64,000 nt of DNA, from positions 1,632,001 through 1,696,000 of the forward strand of contig CAWJSJ010000002.1 of assembly GCA_963845565.1 (NCBI GenBank), read 5' to 3'. The stretch is from an uncultured Methylomirabilota bacterium. GTDB taxonomy: Bacteria > Methylomirabilota > Methylomirabilia > Methylomirabilales > 2-02-FULL-66-22. The notes below the pieces were generated by a model. The model had not been told where the DNA came from and ran no database searches. It saw nothing but the letters and a program-made list of their open reading frames with translations. Below are positions 29,665-38,884 of this stretch, piece after piece. Each line of letters starts with the position of its first letter. Positions within the stretch are counted from its first letter, which is position 1. The position numbers were made by a program, and so were the translations under genes.

Positions 29665-30491
29665 GCAACACACGCGCGCAGAAGCTCCTCAAGACCATCG
29701 GCTTTTACGGGCTGGTGACGTTCTTCATGCTGCCGACGGTCTTTGTCTTCTACTGGATGGTCACGCTGTCCTTGAAGCCGCAGATCGAGGCCGCGGCATA
29801 CCCCCCCATCTTTTTCAACTTCAGCATCACCTTCAAGGGATACCTCGAGGTGTTCGCCAAGCACCCGTTCCTGCTCTACACCTGGAACAGCTTGGTGGTT
29901 GCCGCCGGGACCACGCTGCTGGGGCTCATCGTCGGGCTGCCCGCCGCCTACAGCATCGCCCAGTGGCGGCAGCACAAGTTCGCCCTGACCATCCTGGTGG
30001 CCCGCATCATCCCCGGGATCAGCTACCTCATCCCCTGGTACATCCTGTTCCGGAACCTGAAGATGGTGGACACCTACCCGGCGCTCATCCTGACCCACCT
30101 GGTCGTGGGGCTGCCCATCACGATCTGGGTCATGATCGGCTTCTTCGAAGATGTTCCATCCGAGTTGCGCGAGGCGGCCCTCATCGACGGCTGCACCGAC
30201 TACGGGGCCTTCTGGCGGGTGGCGGTTCCCCTGGTCAAGCCGGGGATCGTGGCCACGGCCATCCTGGCCTTCATCTTCTCCTGGAATAATTTCCTCTTCT
30301 CGGTGATCCTGGCCGGTCGGAACACCCGGACGCTGCCCATCGCCGTCTTCAACATGATCGGCTACGAGGAGATCAACTGGGCCCCCCTGGCCGCCGCGGC
30401 GACGCTGATCACGCTGCCGGTCATCATCCTCACGCTCATCATCCAGCGCCACATCGTCACCGGGCTGACCTTCGGGGCGGTGAAAGGGTGA
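29658..30491 (+). CDS. Carbohydrate ABC permease (MalG-like)
   Basis: EAALIDGC, FSWNNF, GLTFGAVKG. Confidence 0.93.
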   Translation: MVGNTRAQKLLKTIGFYGLVTFFMLPTVFVFYWMVTLSLKPQIEAAAYPPIFFNFSITFKGYLEVFAKHPFLLYTWNSLVVAAGTTLLGLIVGLPAAYSIAQWRQHKFALTILVARIIPGISYLIPWYILFRNLKMVDTYPALILTHLVVGLPITIWVMIGFFEDVPSELREAALIDGCTDYGAFWRVAVPLVKPGIVATAILAFIFSWNNFLFSVILAGRNTRTLPIAVFNMIGYEEINWAPLAAAATLITLPVIILTLIIQRHIVTGLTFGAVKG

Positions 30492-30623
30492 CGGAAGCTT
30501 TCAGCTGTCAGCGGTCAGCAGTCAGCCGGGGGGCCTGGGTTGCGCCCGCGGGGCTTCCCGTGTACGATCTGCACGGGCCGTTTCTGTGCTGGTAGCTGAT
30601 TGCTGACCGCTGAAAGCTGTCTC

Positions 30624-30899
30624 ATGACCTTTCGCGAGTGGCTCGGGAGTTGGCGGGATTGGTTCCGGGGCGTGCTGTTCGGCATGGCCGCATACGACGC
30701 GGTCATGATGTTCCGGAAGCAGCGCGCCGACATGGAGCATCTGTTCGTGCTGATCGTGTTTGGCGACCTCGTCGGCGTGCCGATCCTCCCCCCGTTCTAC
30801 ACGCTACGCCTCTTGCCGTACATCATTCCCGAGGTCAACAACTGGAAGCGCCGGATGCTGCGCGAGAAAGATCTCACCGACCTCGCCGGAGCGGGCTGA
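30624..30899 (+). CDS. Small conserved protein, paralog of 44162-44443
   Basis: MEHLFVLIVFGDLVGVPILPPFYTLRLLPY aligns with LENLFMLLLLGSLVGVPSPPAAMAMELLPY. Confidence 0.8.
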   Translation: MTFREWLGSWRDWFRGVLFGMAAYDAVMMFRKQRADMEHLFVLIVFGDLVGVPILPPFYTLRLLPYIIPEVNNWKRRMLREKDLTDLAGAG

Positions 30900-30905
30900 T
30901 GCCGA

Positions 30906-31577
30906 ATGACTGAGTGGACCGCAGGAACCAACCTCGCCATCGCGCTGGCGGCCTTCCTGCTTGGCTGGTATGTCATCGGATTGTATATCAATCGGCGGCG
31001 GGCCGGGCAGCTGGTCCGGCAGGTCCGGGATTCCATACAGCAGTTCGGGGGTGCGGCGACGATCCGGTGGATCGGACGCAGCGCCTTCCGGATCGAGGCC
31101 GACAAGCTCCAGGCACCGGTCGCCGCCCTAGGGGTCAGTCTGCTTCTCGAGCCGCGCGAGACCTTCCTGCTCTGGATCGCCGGCCGCTGGTCCGGGCGGC
31201 GGGATTGGCTGATGCTGAGCGTCTCGCTGACCGGAGTGGTGCGCGGAGCCTTTGAGGTCTATCACCCCAAACGCCGCGGGGCCATGGACAGCGCTCGGGA
31301 AGTACGGGAGCTCGGGTGGCAAACGGCGCCGCTTCCCGGCCGATCGGAATTGCTGTGCGCGGCGCCCGGCGCGGACGGTCGGGCTCTGGCGCAGGAGGTC
31401 CTGAGCACGCTTCGAGGGGTGGACGTGTGGCGAGTGCGCGTCCGGAACAAAGCGCCGCAGTTGACCATCAGCCTTCCCATTCCGACAACCGAAACCCGGG
31501 TGCCCTTGCCGGTGTTCCCGCTGATTCCCCAACTCGCCGCCAGCATCCTCGCAAGGGGTGTCTCTGAACCCTCGTAA
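30906..31577 (+). CDS. N-terminally anchored hypothetical membrane protein (resembles 45468-46139)
   Basis: TM segment then G...NRR, and a central LLEPRE..LLW motif. 223 aa. Confidence 0.75.
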   Translation: MTEWTAGTNLAIALAAFLLGWYVIGLYINRRRAGQLVRQVRDSIQQFGGAATIRWIGRSAFRIEADKLQAPVAALGVSLLLEPRETFLLWIAGRWSGRRDWLMLSVSLTGVVRGAFEVYHPKRRGAMDSAREVRELGWQTAPLPGRSELLCAAPGADGRALAQEVLSTLRGVDVWRVRVRNKAPQLTISLPIPTTETRVPLPVFPLIPQLAASILARGVSEPS

Positions 31578-31669
31578 CCAGCTAACGTGTGGACTTGGGC
31601 CGCGCCAAAAAAAACGATCGCGGTCGGTTGGCATGCGGGCGGCCATGACTATGATAGGAGCCGAGTGAG

Positions 31670-32431
31670 ATGAACGGAGATGCGTTTCGCCTGGACGGGC
31701 AACTGGCACTGGTTACCGGGGGAGGGACCGGCTTGGGGTTCGGGATTTGCCAAGCCATGGTGGAGGCGGGCGCCCGCGTGGTGATGACGGGCCGCCGCGA
31801 AGATGTCCTGCACGACGCGTGCGTGCAACTCAAGGGCGGCGCGCAGTATCTGCCGCACGATGTCACCGACCTGCGCTCGGTCCCGGCACTTGTCGAGGAG
31901 GCGGAGGAACGGTTCGGCCCGGTGCACATCCTGGTGAACAACGCGGGCAATCACCTGAAGAAACCGGCCGTCGAAACCACGGACGACGAGTTCGCCACGG
32001 TCTTGCAGACGCACCTCTTCGGTGCCTTCGCCCTGACCCGGGAATGCGCCCGCCGCATGATCGAGCGGCGGCGCGGCGCGATCGTGATGATCGCCTCGAT
32101 GACCTCGCTCTTCGGCATCCCCTCGGTCTCGGCCTACGGCGCCGCGAAATCCGCCGTGGCCGGCCTCACCCGGCTGCTGGCGACGGAGTTCTCGCCGCAC
32201 GGGGTCCGGATCAATGCGGTGGCCCCTGGCTGGTTCGATACCGCGCTGAACCGTCAGGCCTTCGCCGGCGACCCCAGTCGCCTGCAGAAGATCCTGTCCC
32301 GCACGCCGCTCGGGCGCGTGGGAGACCCCCTGGACGTGGGTTATGCTGCGGTCTACCTCTGCTCCGCGGCGGCCAAGTTCGTGACCGGCGTCGTCCTGCC
32401 CGTGGATGGCGGCGCCAGCGTGGGGTTCTAG
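31670..32431 (+). CDS. SDR oxidoreductase (gluconate 5-dehydrogenase-like)
   Basis: TGGGTGLG, NNAG, YGAAK, VDGG. Confidence 0.92.
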   Translation: MNGDAFRLDGQLALVTGGGTGLGFGICQAMVEAGARVVMTGRREDVLHDACVQLKGGAQYLPHDVTDLRSVPALVEEAEERFGPVHILVNNAGNHLKKPAVETTDDEFATVLQTHLFGAFALTRECARRMIERRRGAIVMIASMTSLFGIPSVSAYGAAKSAVAGLTRLLATEFSPHGVRINAVAPGWFDTALNRQAFAGDPSRLQKILSRTPLGRVGDPLDVGYAAVYLCSAAAKFVTGVVLPVDGGASVGF

Positions 32432-32577
32432 CAGGCTGCTGAAAACGGCCCATCTGCTGCGTTGGCTTGCTCGGGCACTCGCTGCGGCGTACCCATAGTA
32501 CGCCTCACTCGGCCCCGGGTACCCATCCGACAGGATGGGTGACGCCGCCTTGCATCTGGACCTTTTTGAGCAGCCTG
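32432..32577 (+). mobile_element. MITE-like element, copy 3
   Basis: Same TIRs, directly after the TAG stop of the SDR gene. A degenerate fourth left end starts at 32734 (TAG|CAGGCCGCTGACCACGGCCCATCT). Confidence 0.75.
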
Positions 32578-32834
32578 GGCGAGGACGGGTTTTTCAGCCT
32601 GCGATCAGCGGGCAGCGGTCAGTGACGGAAGGGGGCCGGGGGGTACCCATCCGCAGGATGGGTCTGGCGCAGCGTCCTCGGGATGGACCTGAGGCCCTGA
32701 TTTATGCGCCGAATCTCTGGGACAGGACACTAGCAGGCCGCTGACCACGGCCCATCTTCCGGGTACCCATCTCTTGGATGGGCACCCATCCTCCGGATCG
32801 GTATTTGGCGCGTTGCCATACAACGGGGAACTTC

Positions 32835-34100
32835 ATGCGGCACAAGGGCTGGGTCGTGACGTTTTCGGGACTGAGCCTCAATCTTGCTTTGGGCATCCTG
32901 TACGCCTGGAGCATGTTCAACAAACAATTGACAGAGACGGTGGCCCAGGGCGGTTACGGCTGGTCGAGGACGATGGCCACGCTGCCCTACACCCTGGCCA
33001 TCGCAAGTTTTGCCGTGTCCATGATTCCTGCCGGACGCCTCCAAGACACGCTGGGGCCTCGAATTGTTGCCTCGGCGGGAGCCTTGCTGTGCAGTGTGGG
33101 GCTTTTTATCTCGAGCCTGGGATCGCCCGCGTCAGCGCTGCCGATTATCCTGGGCTTCGGAGTGTTGAGCGGTATGGGTTTCGGCCTGGGCTACGCGGCG
33201 GCGACGCCGGCGGCCGTCAAATGGTTCCCGCCGCAAAAGAAGGGACTCATCACCGGGATCGTCGTGGCTGGATTTGGCATCGCGCCCGTCTACATCGCGC
33301 CGCTTTCGAAGTGGCTGCTATCCAACTTTGGGGTCAATCGGTCGTTCCAGGTCTTGGGGGCGCTGTTTGCGGTGGTCGCAGGGGTGGCTGCGCAGTTTAT
33401 GCGCAATCCCCCAACCGGGTTCGCCGCCAATGCCAAACCCGCGTCGCCGTTACTCGCCCCGGACCATTCGAAAGACCTGACCTGGAGCGCCATGTTGAAG
33501 CGGCCTGTGTTCTATTCTCTGTTCCTTCAGTATGCCTGTGCCGCAACCGCGGGGCTGATGGTCATCGGTCACATCGCCAAGATCGTGGCCACTCAATCGG
33601 GCAACACGATCCAATCGGGGTTCGTCTTCGTGGCGGTGCTGGCCATCTTCAACGCGTTGGGACGCGTCATCGCCGGCCTGGTATCGGACATCATCGGGCG
33701 GGTGACCGCCATGGCAATGGTCTTCACCATGCAGTGCCTGGTGATGTTTTCCTTTCATCACTTTACCAACATGGTGAGCCTTCTGGCGGGGACGGCCTTG
33801 GTGGGATTCAACTACGGCGCATGCCTGTCATTGTTTCCCGCCACGGCTGCGGACTTATGGGGGACAAAACACCTGGGAGTCAATTACGGGATCCTGTTTC
33901 TCGCATGGGGTGTCGGCGGCGTTTTCGGGCCGCTACTGGCTGGCGCGGCGGCTGACGCGACCGGCACGTATACGTCCGCCTATCACATTGCCGCCGGGAT
34001 GCTGGCCCTGGCCTCGTTCCTGGCGATGGCCAATCATGTCAGTCTTGATTACAGCGCGACTGAGCAGCAGCTGGTGATCACCGTGCGCAAGAAGAAATAG
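32835..34100 (+). CDS. MFS transporter, oxalate/formate antiporter (OFA) family
   Basis: GILYAWS, GRLQD..GPR, KWFP..KGLITG, GVNYG. About 12 TM segments. Confidence 0.9.
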   Translation: MRHKGWVVTFSGLSLNLALGILYAWSMFNKQLTETVAQGGYGWSRTMATLPYTLAIASFAVSMIPAGRLQDTLGPRIVASAGALLCSVGLFISSLGSPASALPIILGFGVLSGMGFGLGYAAATPAAVKWFPPQKKGLITGIVVAGFGIAPVYIAPLSKWLLSNFGVNRSFQVLGALFAVVAGVAAQFMRNPPTGFAANAKPASPLLAPDHSKDLTWSAMLKRPVFYSLFLQYACAATAGLMVIGHIAKIVATQSGNTIQSGFVFVAVLAIFNALGRVIAGLVSDIIGRVTAMAMVFTMQCLVMFSFHHFTNMVSLLAGTALVGFNYGACLSLFPATAADLWGTKHLGVNYGILFLAWGVGGVFGPLLAGAAADATGTYTSAYHIAAGMLALASFLAMANHVSLDYSATEQQLVITVRKKK

Positions 34101-34154
34101 CCGGCAAATCCGCCCGGTCAAGAAATGAACTCTCGCATGATGAAACTGGGGAAC

Positions 34155-34374
34155 GAACTATAGCCGAGTCCGACTCAACTCCTCGCACGTCGCCAGGACA
34201 TGCAGCACCCGTTCGTCCGGCAGCCCGCCTCGATGTCCGCCAGGACCAGCTCGCACGGCGCGTAGTCGCGAACGATCCGCTCCAGATCCAACCGTGTCCC
34301 GCCGACAGGCCGGGTCGGTGTGCCAGCGCGCCCGGCGCGATGTAGCTGATGAGCAGGCGTGGGTCGTGCGACAT
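34155..34374 (-). pseudogene. Short broken gene remnant
   Basis: GGAGG RBS plus MSHDPRLLISYIAPGA, joined out of frame to IVRDYAPCELVLADIEAG. Looks like an internally deleted gene. Confidence 0.35.
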
Positions 34375-34650
34375 GTTGCCTCCGCTGGGTGGTCGGCGGC
34401 GAGTATCCGGCGTCCGGGCGGCCGATGTCAAGGGGGACGCGAGGGTTCCGGTATGCGACGTTCTCGCGTTCTCGCCGCACGTGACGAGCCTTGTCCGCGG
34501 GCCCGTCACCGGGTATCATGGATGCATGATCAGGTTCGTGTGCTCCCACCCGGATTGTCAGGCGCCACCGCATCCGCGTCTTTCGGTGAAGCGACGGGAT
34601 CTGCCGCCGGAGGGCGGTTCGGCGACCGCTTGGCGCACACCGGGACGGCG

Positions 34651-35403
34651 ATGGCGATGAAGGCCTCCGGGCTGTCGATCCTTGCCGGAACTGCACTGGT
34701 CGCGGCCGTCGCCTGGGGTTCGGTGGGGGACGGCCGGGTGCCCTTCGACCGGCTCCCTCAACCCGCGCAGGAGCGAGTGCGCGACGTGGTGGATCACGCC
34801 GTCTTCGAGCGCACCGTGCGCGACGTCACGTTCCGCAGCCGGGAGTCGCTGTTCCTCTATTTTCTGGACCATCCGGATGTCGCCGCGGCCGCGGCCCGGG
34901 CGCTGGGGGTGGCGAACTATCAGGTCCAACGACGACCCGACGGCACCTACTGGGGCGACGACACGCGCGGCGCCAAGGGAATCGTCGAGGTCGTGTACGC
35001 CGACCCCCGCAAGCGCGTCGTCCATGCCCAGGGGACATACGACACCAAATGGCTCCCGACCATCCATGCACGCATCGTCCTAGTCCTCGATTTCGAGCAC
35101 CACCAGGGTGCGGACGGCCACGCCTACGCGGCCAGCGACGTCACCGGATATCTGCGCGTCGATAACCGTTTCCTGGATGCCCTGGCCCGCCTGGTCGGCC
35201 CCATCGTGGTCGGCGCCGTGGACCGCAAGGTCGCGCGCACGGCCGGAATCGCCGCGAAGGTGAGCGAGCGCGCCTACGACGATCCTGCGGGTTTCCTCGA
35301 GGCCCTGCGAAAACTCCCAGACCTCGATCAGACGCATCTCGCCGCCGTGGCCGCGCGCCTGGGGAACACCGACGGCAGTCGTCCGGACACCTCTTCGCAC
35401 TAA
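34651..35403 (+). CDS. Exported hypothetical protein
   Basis: Signal-like N-terminus, FLDHPD motif, host-like codon usage. Confidence 0.75.
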   Translation: MAMKASGLSILAGTALVAAVAWGSVGDGRVPFDRLPQPAQERVRDVVDHAVFERTVRDVTFRSRESLFLYFLDHPDVAAAAARALGVANYQVQRRPDGTYWGDDTRGAKGIVEVVYADPRKRVVHAQGTYDTKWLPTIHARIVLVLDFEHHQGADGHAYAASDVTGYLRVDNRFLDALARLVGPIVVGAVDRKVARTAGIAAKVSERAYDDPAGFLEALRKLPDLDQTHLAAVAARLGNTDGSRPDTSSH

Positions 35404-35460
35404 ACGACGGACTGGCCCGGTCGCGACCGCCCGCCGCAGAGTCAGGACGCCACTATCGGC

Positions 35461-35489
35461 TTGACCTCGCCGGCATTGACGCATAAGAT
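35461..35489 (+). promoter_or_regulatory. Sigma70-like promoter of the fatty-acid cluster
   Basis: TTGACC-17-TAAGAT. Confidence 0.6.
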
Positions 35490-35509
35490 GCGCGCGGGAG
35501 CGAACGGAT

Positions 35510-36268
35510 ATGTCGGGAAATACCCCAGTCGCCGTGGTGACAGGCTCTTCGCGGGGCATCGGGCGCGCCATCGCCCTCGCCTTCGCCGCGGCGGGTTACG
35601 ACGTGGTCATCAACCACCGAGCGGTGGGCGGCACCTCCGAGGTGAAGGCCGAGGAGGTGTGCAATCTCGTGCGCGAGCGCGGCCGCCGGGCCTTGCGGAT
35701 TCCGGCCGACATCGCAGAGCGGGAGGATGTCCGGCGCCTGTTCGCGGGGGTCACGGAGACCTTCGGGCGGGTGGATGCGTTGGTGCTGAACGCCGCCCGG
35801 GCCCCGTTCAAACCGGTGGAGCGCTTGCTGGAACGCGAAATCGACCAATTGGTCGCCACCAACTTTACGGGCCACCTGCGCTGCGTGCGGGACGCCCTAC
35901 CGCTGCTGGACGCCGCCGGCGGTGGGTCGGTGGTCTTCATCTCCAGCCTGGGCAGCCGCTTCTATTCGCCGAGCTACCCGTTGGGCCTCATGAAGGCGGC
36001 CATGGAGGCGGCGGTCCGGCACTGGGCGGAGAGTCTCGCCTCCCGGGGCGTCCGCGTCAACGCCGTCTGCGGCGGGGTGGTGCGGACCGATTCGTTCAAG
36101 ACCCTCCGCCAGGTGTGGGACGGCCTCGATCGCATTCCCGATGCGTGGTGCGTAGAGCCGGAAGAGATCGCCGATGTGGTCCTCTTCCTCTGTTCCGGCG
36201 CCGCCCGCGGGATACGGGGCCAGACCCTGGTGGTCGATCGGGGAGTGGCCAACCGGCTCGCCTGCTGA
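35510..36268 (+). CDS. SDR, FabL-like enoyl-ACP reductase
   Basis: TGSSRGIG, LNAA, SSLGSRFY.PSY.LGLMKAAME. Confidence 0.75.
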   Translation: MSGNTPVAVVTGSSRGIGRAIALAFAAAGYDVVINHRAVGGTSEVKAEEVCNLVRERGRRALRIPADIAEREDVRRLFAGVTETFGRVDALVLNAARAPFKPVERLLEREIDQLVATNFTGHLRCVRDALPLLDAAGGGSVVFISSLGSRFYSPSYPLGLMKAAMEAAVRHWAESLASRGVRVNAVCGGVVRTDSFKTLRQVWDGLDRIPDAWCVEPEEIADVVLFLCSGAARGIRGQTLVVDRGVANRLAC

Positions 36269-36308
36269 GCGATCTGCGGAATCCAACGACTCATACGAAA
36301 GGTGCGTC

Positions 36309-36878
36309 ATGCAGAATCTCATCTCCGAAGACCGTGTCATCGCCGAGATCATGAAGATCGCCGCCGAGACTCTCCGGGCGCCGGAGGGAAAGGTGACTCC
36401 CGACAGCTCCTTCGTCCGCGACCTGGGCGCCGAATCGCTCGATTTCCTGGACATCGACTATCGGATGGAGCAGGTGTTCGGCATCAAGATGGCGCGCCAC
36501 TTCTTCCTGGAACACGTGGAGGAGATGTACGGCGAAGGGGCCGCCATCGACGAGGACGGCGCCCTCACCAAGAACGCCCTGACCCTTCTGCGGATCCGGT
36601 ACGGCGAGGAGAATCTGCCGGACCTGTCGAACGGACTCGACATGGATAAGGTCCCCCCCCTCATCACGATACGCTCCATGGCCGACGCCGTGCACAGCAT
36701 CTTGGCCACTTTGCCCGAGCACTGTCCGGCGTGTAACGCCAGCCAGTGGAAGACCGACGACGGCACGCACATCGTCTGCGGCGCCTGCGGCGAGGCGGCC
36801 CCCTTCACCAACGGTGACGATCTCATCCGCAGCTGGCTCCAGCGGGTGCAGGACGAGACCGGCCTCTTCAAGAACTGA
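36309..36878 (+). CDS. Extended acyl carrier protein with C-terminal CxxC-x14-CxxC
   Basis: DLGAESLDFLDI phosphopantetheine motif, 189 aa, CPAC...CGAC. Confidence 0.85.
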   Translation: MQNLISEDRVIAEIMKIAAETLRAPEGKVTPDSSFVRDLGAESLDFLDIDYRMEQVFGIKMARHFFLEHVEEMYGEGAAIDEDGALTKNALTLLRIRYGEENLPDLSNGLDMDKVPPLITIRSMADAVHSILATLPEHCPACNASQWKTDDGTHIVCGACGEAAPFTNGDDLIRSWLQRVQDETGLFKN

Positions 36879-36899
36879 CGCGACGGAGGATCGGTCCTC

Positions 36900-38192
36900 A
36901 TGCATGTCGTCGGACCTCCACGCCGGGTGGTGGTCACCGGGTGGGGCGTGGTGAGCCCCCTGGGACCTACCGCCGAGTCCACCTTCCAGGCCGCCGCCGC
37001 AGGCCGATCCGGAATCCGGGCCCTCACGGCGTTCGATCCCACCGGCCTGCCCTGTCGCATCGGCGGCCAGGTCGCGGACGCCGGTGTGGCGCCGCTGGAT
37101 CCTGTTCTGGACCCCCCTACGCGCCTCCTGTCACGAGGGGTGCGCTTCATGCTGACCGCCGCCGCCGAGGCGGCGGGCCAGGCGAAACTCGCGGAAGCCG
37201 CCGACCCGGCCCGCATCGCCATGGTGCTCGGATCGCACGGCGAGAACCCCACCTTGGCCGACGTGCTGCGCCGCCACCGGTACACCAACGGGGCGGGGCA
37301 ATGGGACATGGCGGGATTGGCGCGCGAGCGAGTGGGAGATCCTTTCGCGCTCCTGCGCCGGAAGCCGGACGTGGCGGCGGCCCTGGTGGCCGCCCGCTTT
37401 GGACTGCGGGGCGCCAACCTGTCCATTTGCTCGGCCTGCGCCGCCGGGGCCCAGGCCGTGGGCGAGGCTTATCGCCTGATCCGTGAGGGTCGCGCCGACG
37501 CCGCGCTGGCGGGCGGCTGCGAAAGCGCGCTCAATTTCGTCGGCTTCGTCGGTTTCCAGCTGCTGAAGGCCATGGCCGAGAAGTACAAGAGCCCCGAGAC
37601 GGCCTCGCGCCCCTTCGACCGGCGGCGGTGCGGTTTCGTCATGAGCGAGGGGGCCGGCGCCCTGGTGTTAGAGACCCTGGAGGGCGCCCGGGTCCGTGGC
37701 GCCGCTATCCTCGGCGAGGTCTTGGGGTACGGCGACTCCGCCGACGCCTACCGCATCACCGACACGCATCCGGAGGCCGAGGGGGCGATTCTGGCGATGC
37801 AAGGTGCCCTGGCCGATGCCGGGTTGCCCCCCGACGCGGTGGAGTACGTGAACGCGCACGGAACCTCTACCGCCGTCAACGACGTCACCGAGACCCGTGC
37901 CATCAAGGCGGTGCTGGGCGAGCGGGCCCGGACGGTGCCGGTCAGCTCCAACAAGTCCATGCTTGGCCACACCATCGGCGCCGCCGGCGCCATCGAGGCG
38001 ATTCTCGCCCTGATGGGGATGCGCGTGGGGTTGGTGCTGCCCACCATCAATTACGAGTACCCGGACCCGAAGTGCGACCTGGATTACGTGCCCAACGTGG
38101 CCCGGCCGCTGGCGCACCGGGTGGCCCTGTCGAACTCCTTCGGCTTCGGCGGTCAGAACGCGTGCCTGTGCCTGGGCCGCGGTGATGTCTGA
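36900..38192 (+). CDS. Beta-ketoacyl-ACP synthase II (FabF-like)
   Basis: SACAAG Cys, NAHGTST, KSMLGH, NSFGFGG. Confidence 0.93.
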   Translation: MHVVGPPRRVVVTGWGVVSPLGPTAESTFQAAAAGRSGIRALTAFDPTGLPCRIGGQVADAGVAPLDPVLDPPTRLLSRGVRFMLTAAAEAAGQAKLAEAADPARIAMVLGSHGENPTLADVLRRHRYTNGAGQWDMAGLARERVGDPFALLRRKPDVAAALVAARFGLRGANLSICSACAAGAQAVGEAYRLIREGRADAALAGGCESALNFVGFVGFQLLKAMAEKYKSPETASRPFDRRRCGFVMSEGAGALVLETLEGARVRGAAILGEVLGYGDSADAYRITDTHPEAEGAILAMQGALADAGLPPDAVEYVNAHGTSTAVNDVTETRAIKAVLGERARTVPVSSNKSMLGHTIGAAGAIEAILALMGMRVGLVLPTINYEYPDPKCDLDYVPNVARPLAHRVALSNSFGFGGQNACLCLGRGDV

Positions 38193-38300
38193 GCGGGCGG
38201 TCGTGACCAGGGTCGGTGTCTGGACGCTCCTCGGCAGCGGCGCGGCGGCCGCCTGGGCGGCGCCGGGAACGCCGCCCGCGTGCTGACGGCGGTGGATTGA
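38185..38300 (+). pseudogene. Collapsed ketosynthase remnant
   Basis: MSERAVVTRVGVWTLLG..AAW (KAS N-terminus) fused out of frame to GNAARVLTAVD* (KAS C-terminus). Confidence 0.6.
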
Positions 38301-38303
38301 GCC

Positions 38304-38777
38304 ATGCGGTTTCTGTACTACGACCGTATCGTGCGCATCGAGCCCGGGCGGCGCATCGTGGGGGTGAAGGCCTTCGCCCTCTCGGAGGAGTTTCTGCGCG
38401 GCCATTTTTCCCGCGAGCCTCTGGTGCCGGCGCCCATCCTGCTCGAGGCCATGGCGCAGGTGTTGGGCTGGGGCATCATTCATGCCCACAAGTTTCGCCT
38501 CTCGGCGCTCCTCTCCCTGGCGGAGGGTTTTCGGATGGAACGACCCCGGCTGCGCCCGGGCGTGACCGCTACCATCACCGGCGAGATCGTCACCACCACG
38601 CACCGCGACTCCCTCGGCCGGGCCTGGGTGGAGGCCGACGGCGAGCGGGTGGCCACGCTCGGCCGGATCATCTACGCCCACCTGGCCCCGGTACCCGAGG
38701 TGGAGTTGCTGCACCGGTTCTGTTATTACAGCGGACTGACCCGCGAACAAGCCGTGGCAGAGGGCGGACTGCCGTGA
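38304..38777 (+). CDS. FabZ-like 3-hydroxyacyl-ACP dehydratase A
   Basis: MRFLYYDRI, GHFSREPLVP..LLEAMAQ. Confidence 0.85.
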   Translation: MRFLYYDRIVRIEPGRRIVGVKAFALSEEFLRGHFSREPLVPAPILLEAMAQVLGWGIIHAHKFRLSALLSLAEGFRMERPRLRPGVTATITGEIVTTTHRDSLGRAWVEADGERVATLGRIIYAHLAPVPEVELLHRFCYYSGLTREQAVAEGGLP

Positions 38778-38884
38778 GCGCCCGCGCCCGTGCGCGCGCC
38801 GAGGCGGCGATCCCGGCGTCACCCCTGGCCGGTGGCGTGACGGGCCGGTGTTTTGACGTGGACGGGGGGATGGACATCGCATGA
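38774..38884 (+). pseudogene. Collapsed FabG/SDR remnant (36 codons)
   Basis: GTG start overlaps the previous stop. Ends ASPLAGGVTGRCFDVDGGM, the typical SDR C-terminus, and its stop overlaps the acpS start. Confidence 0.6.
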
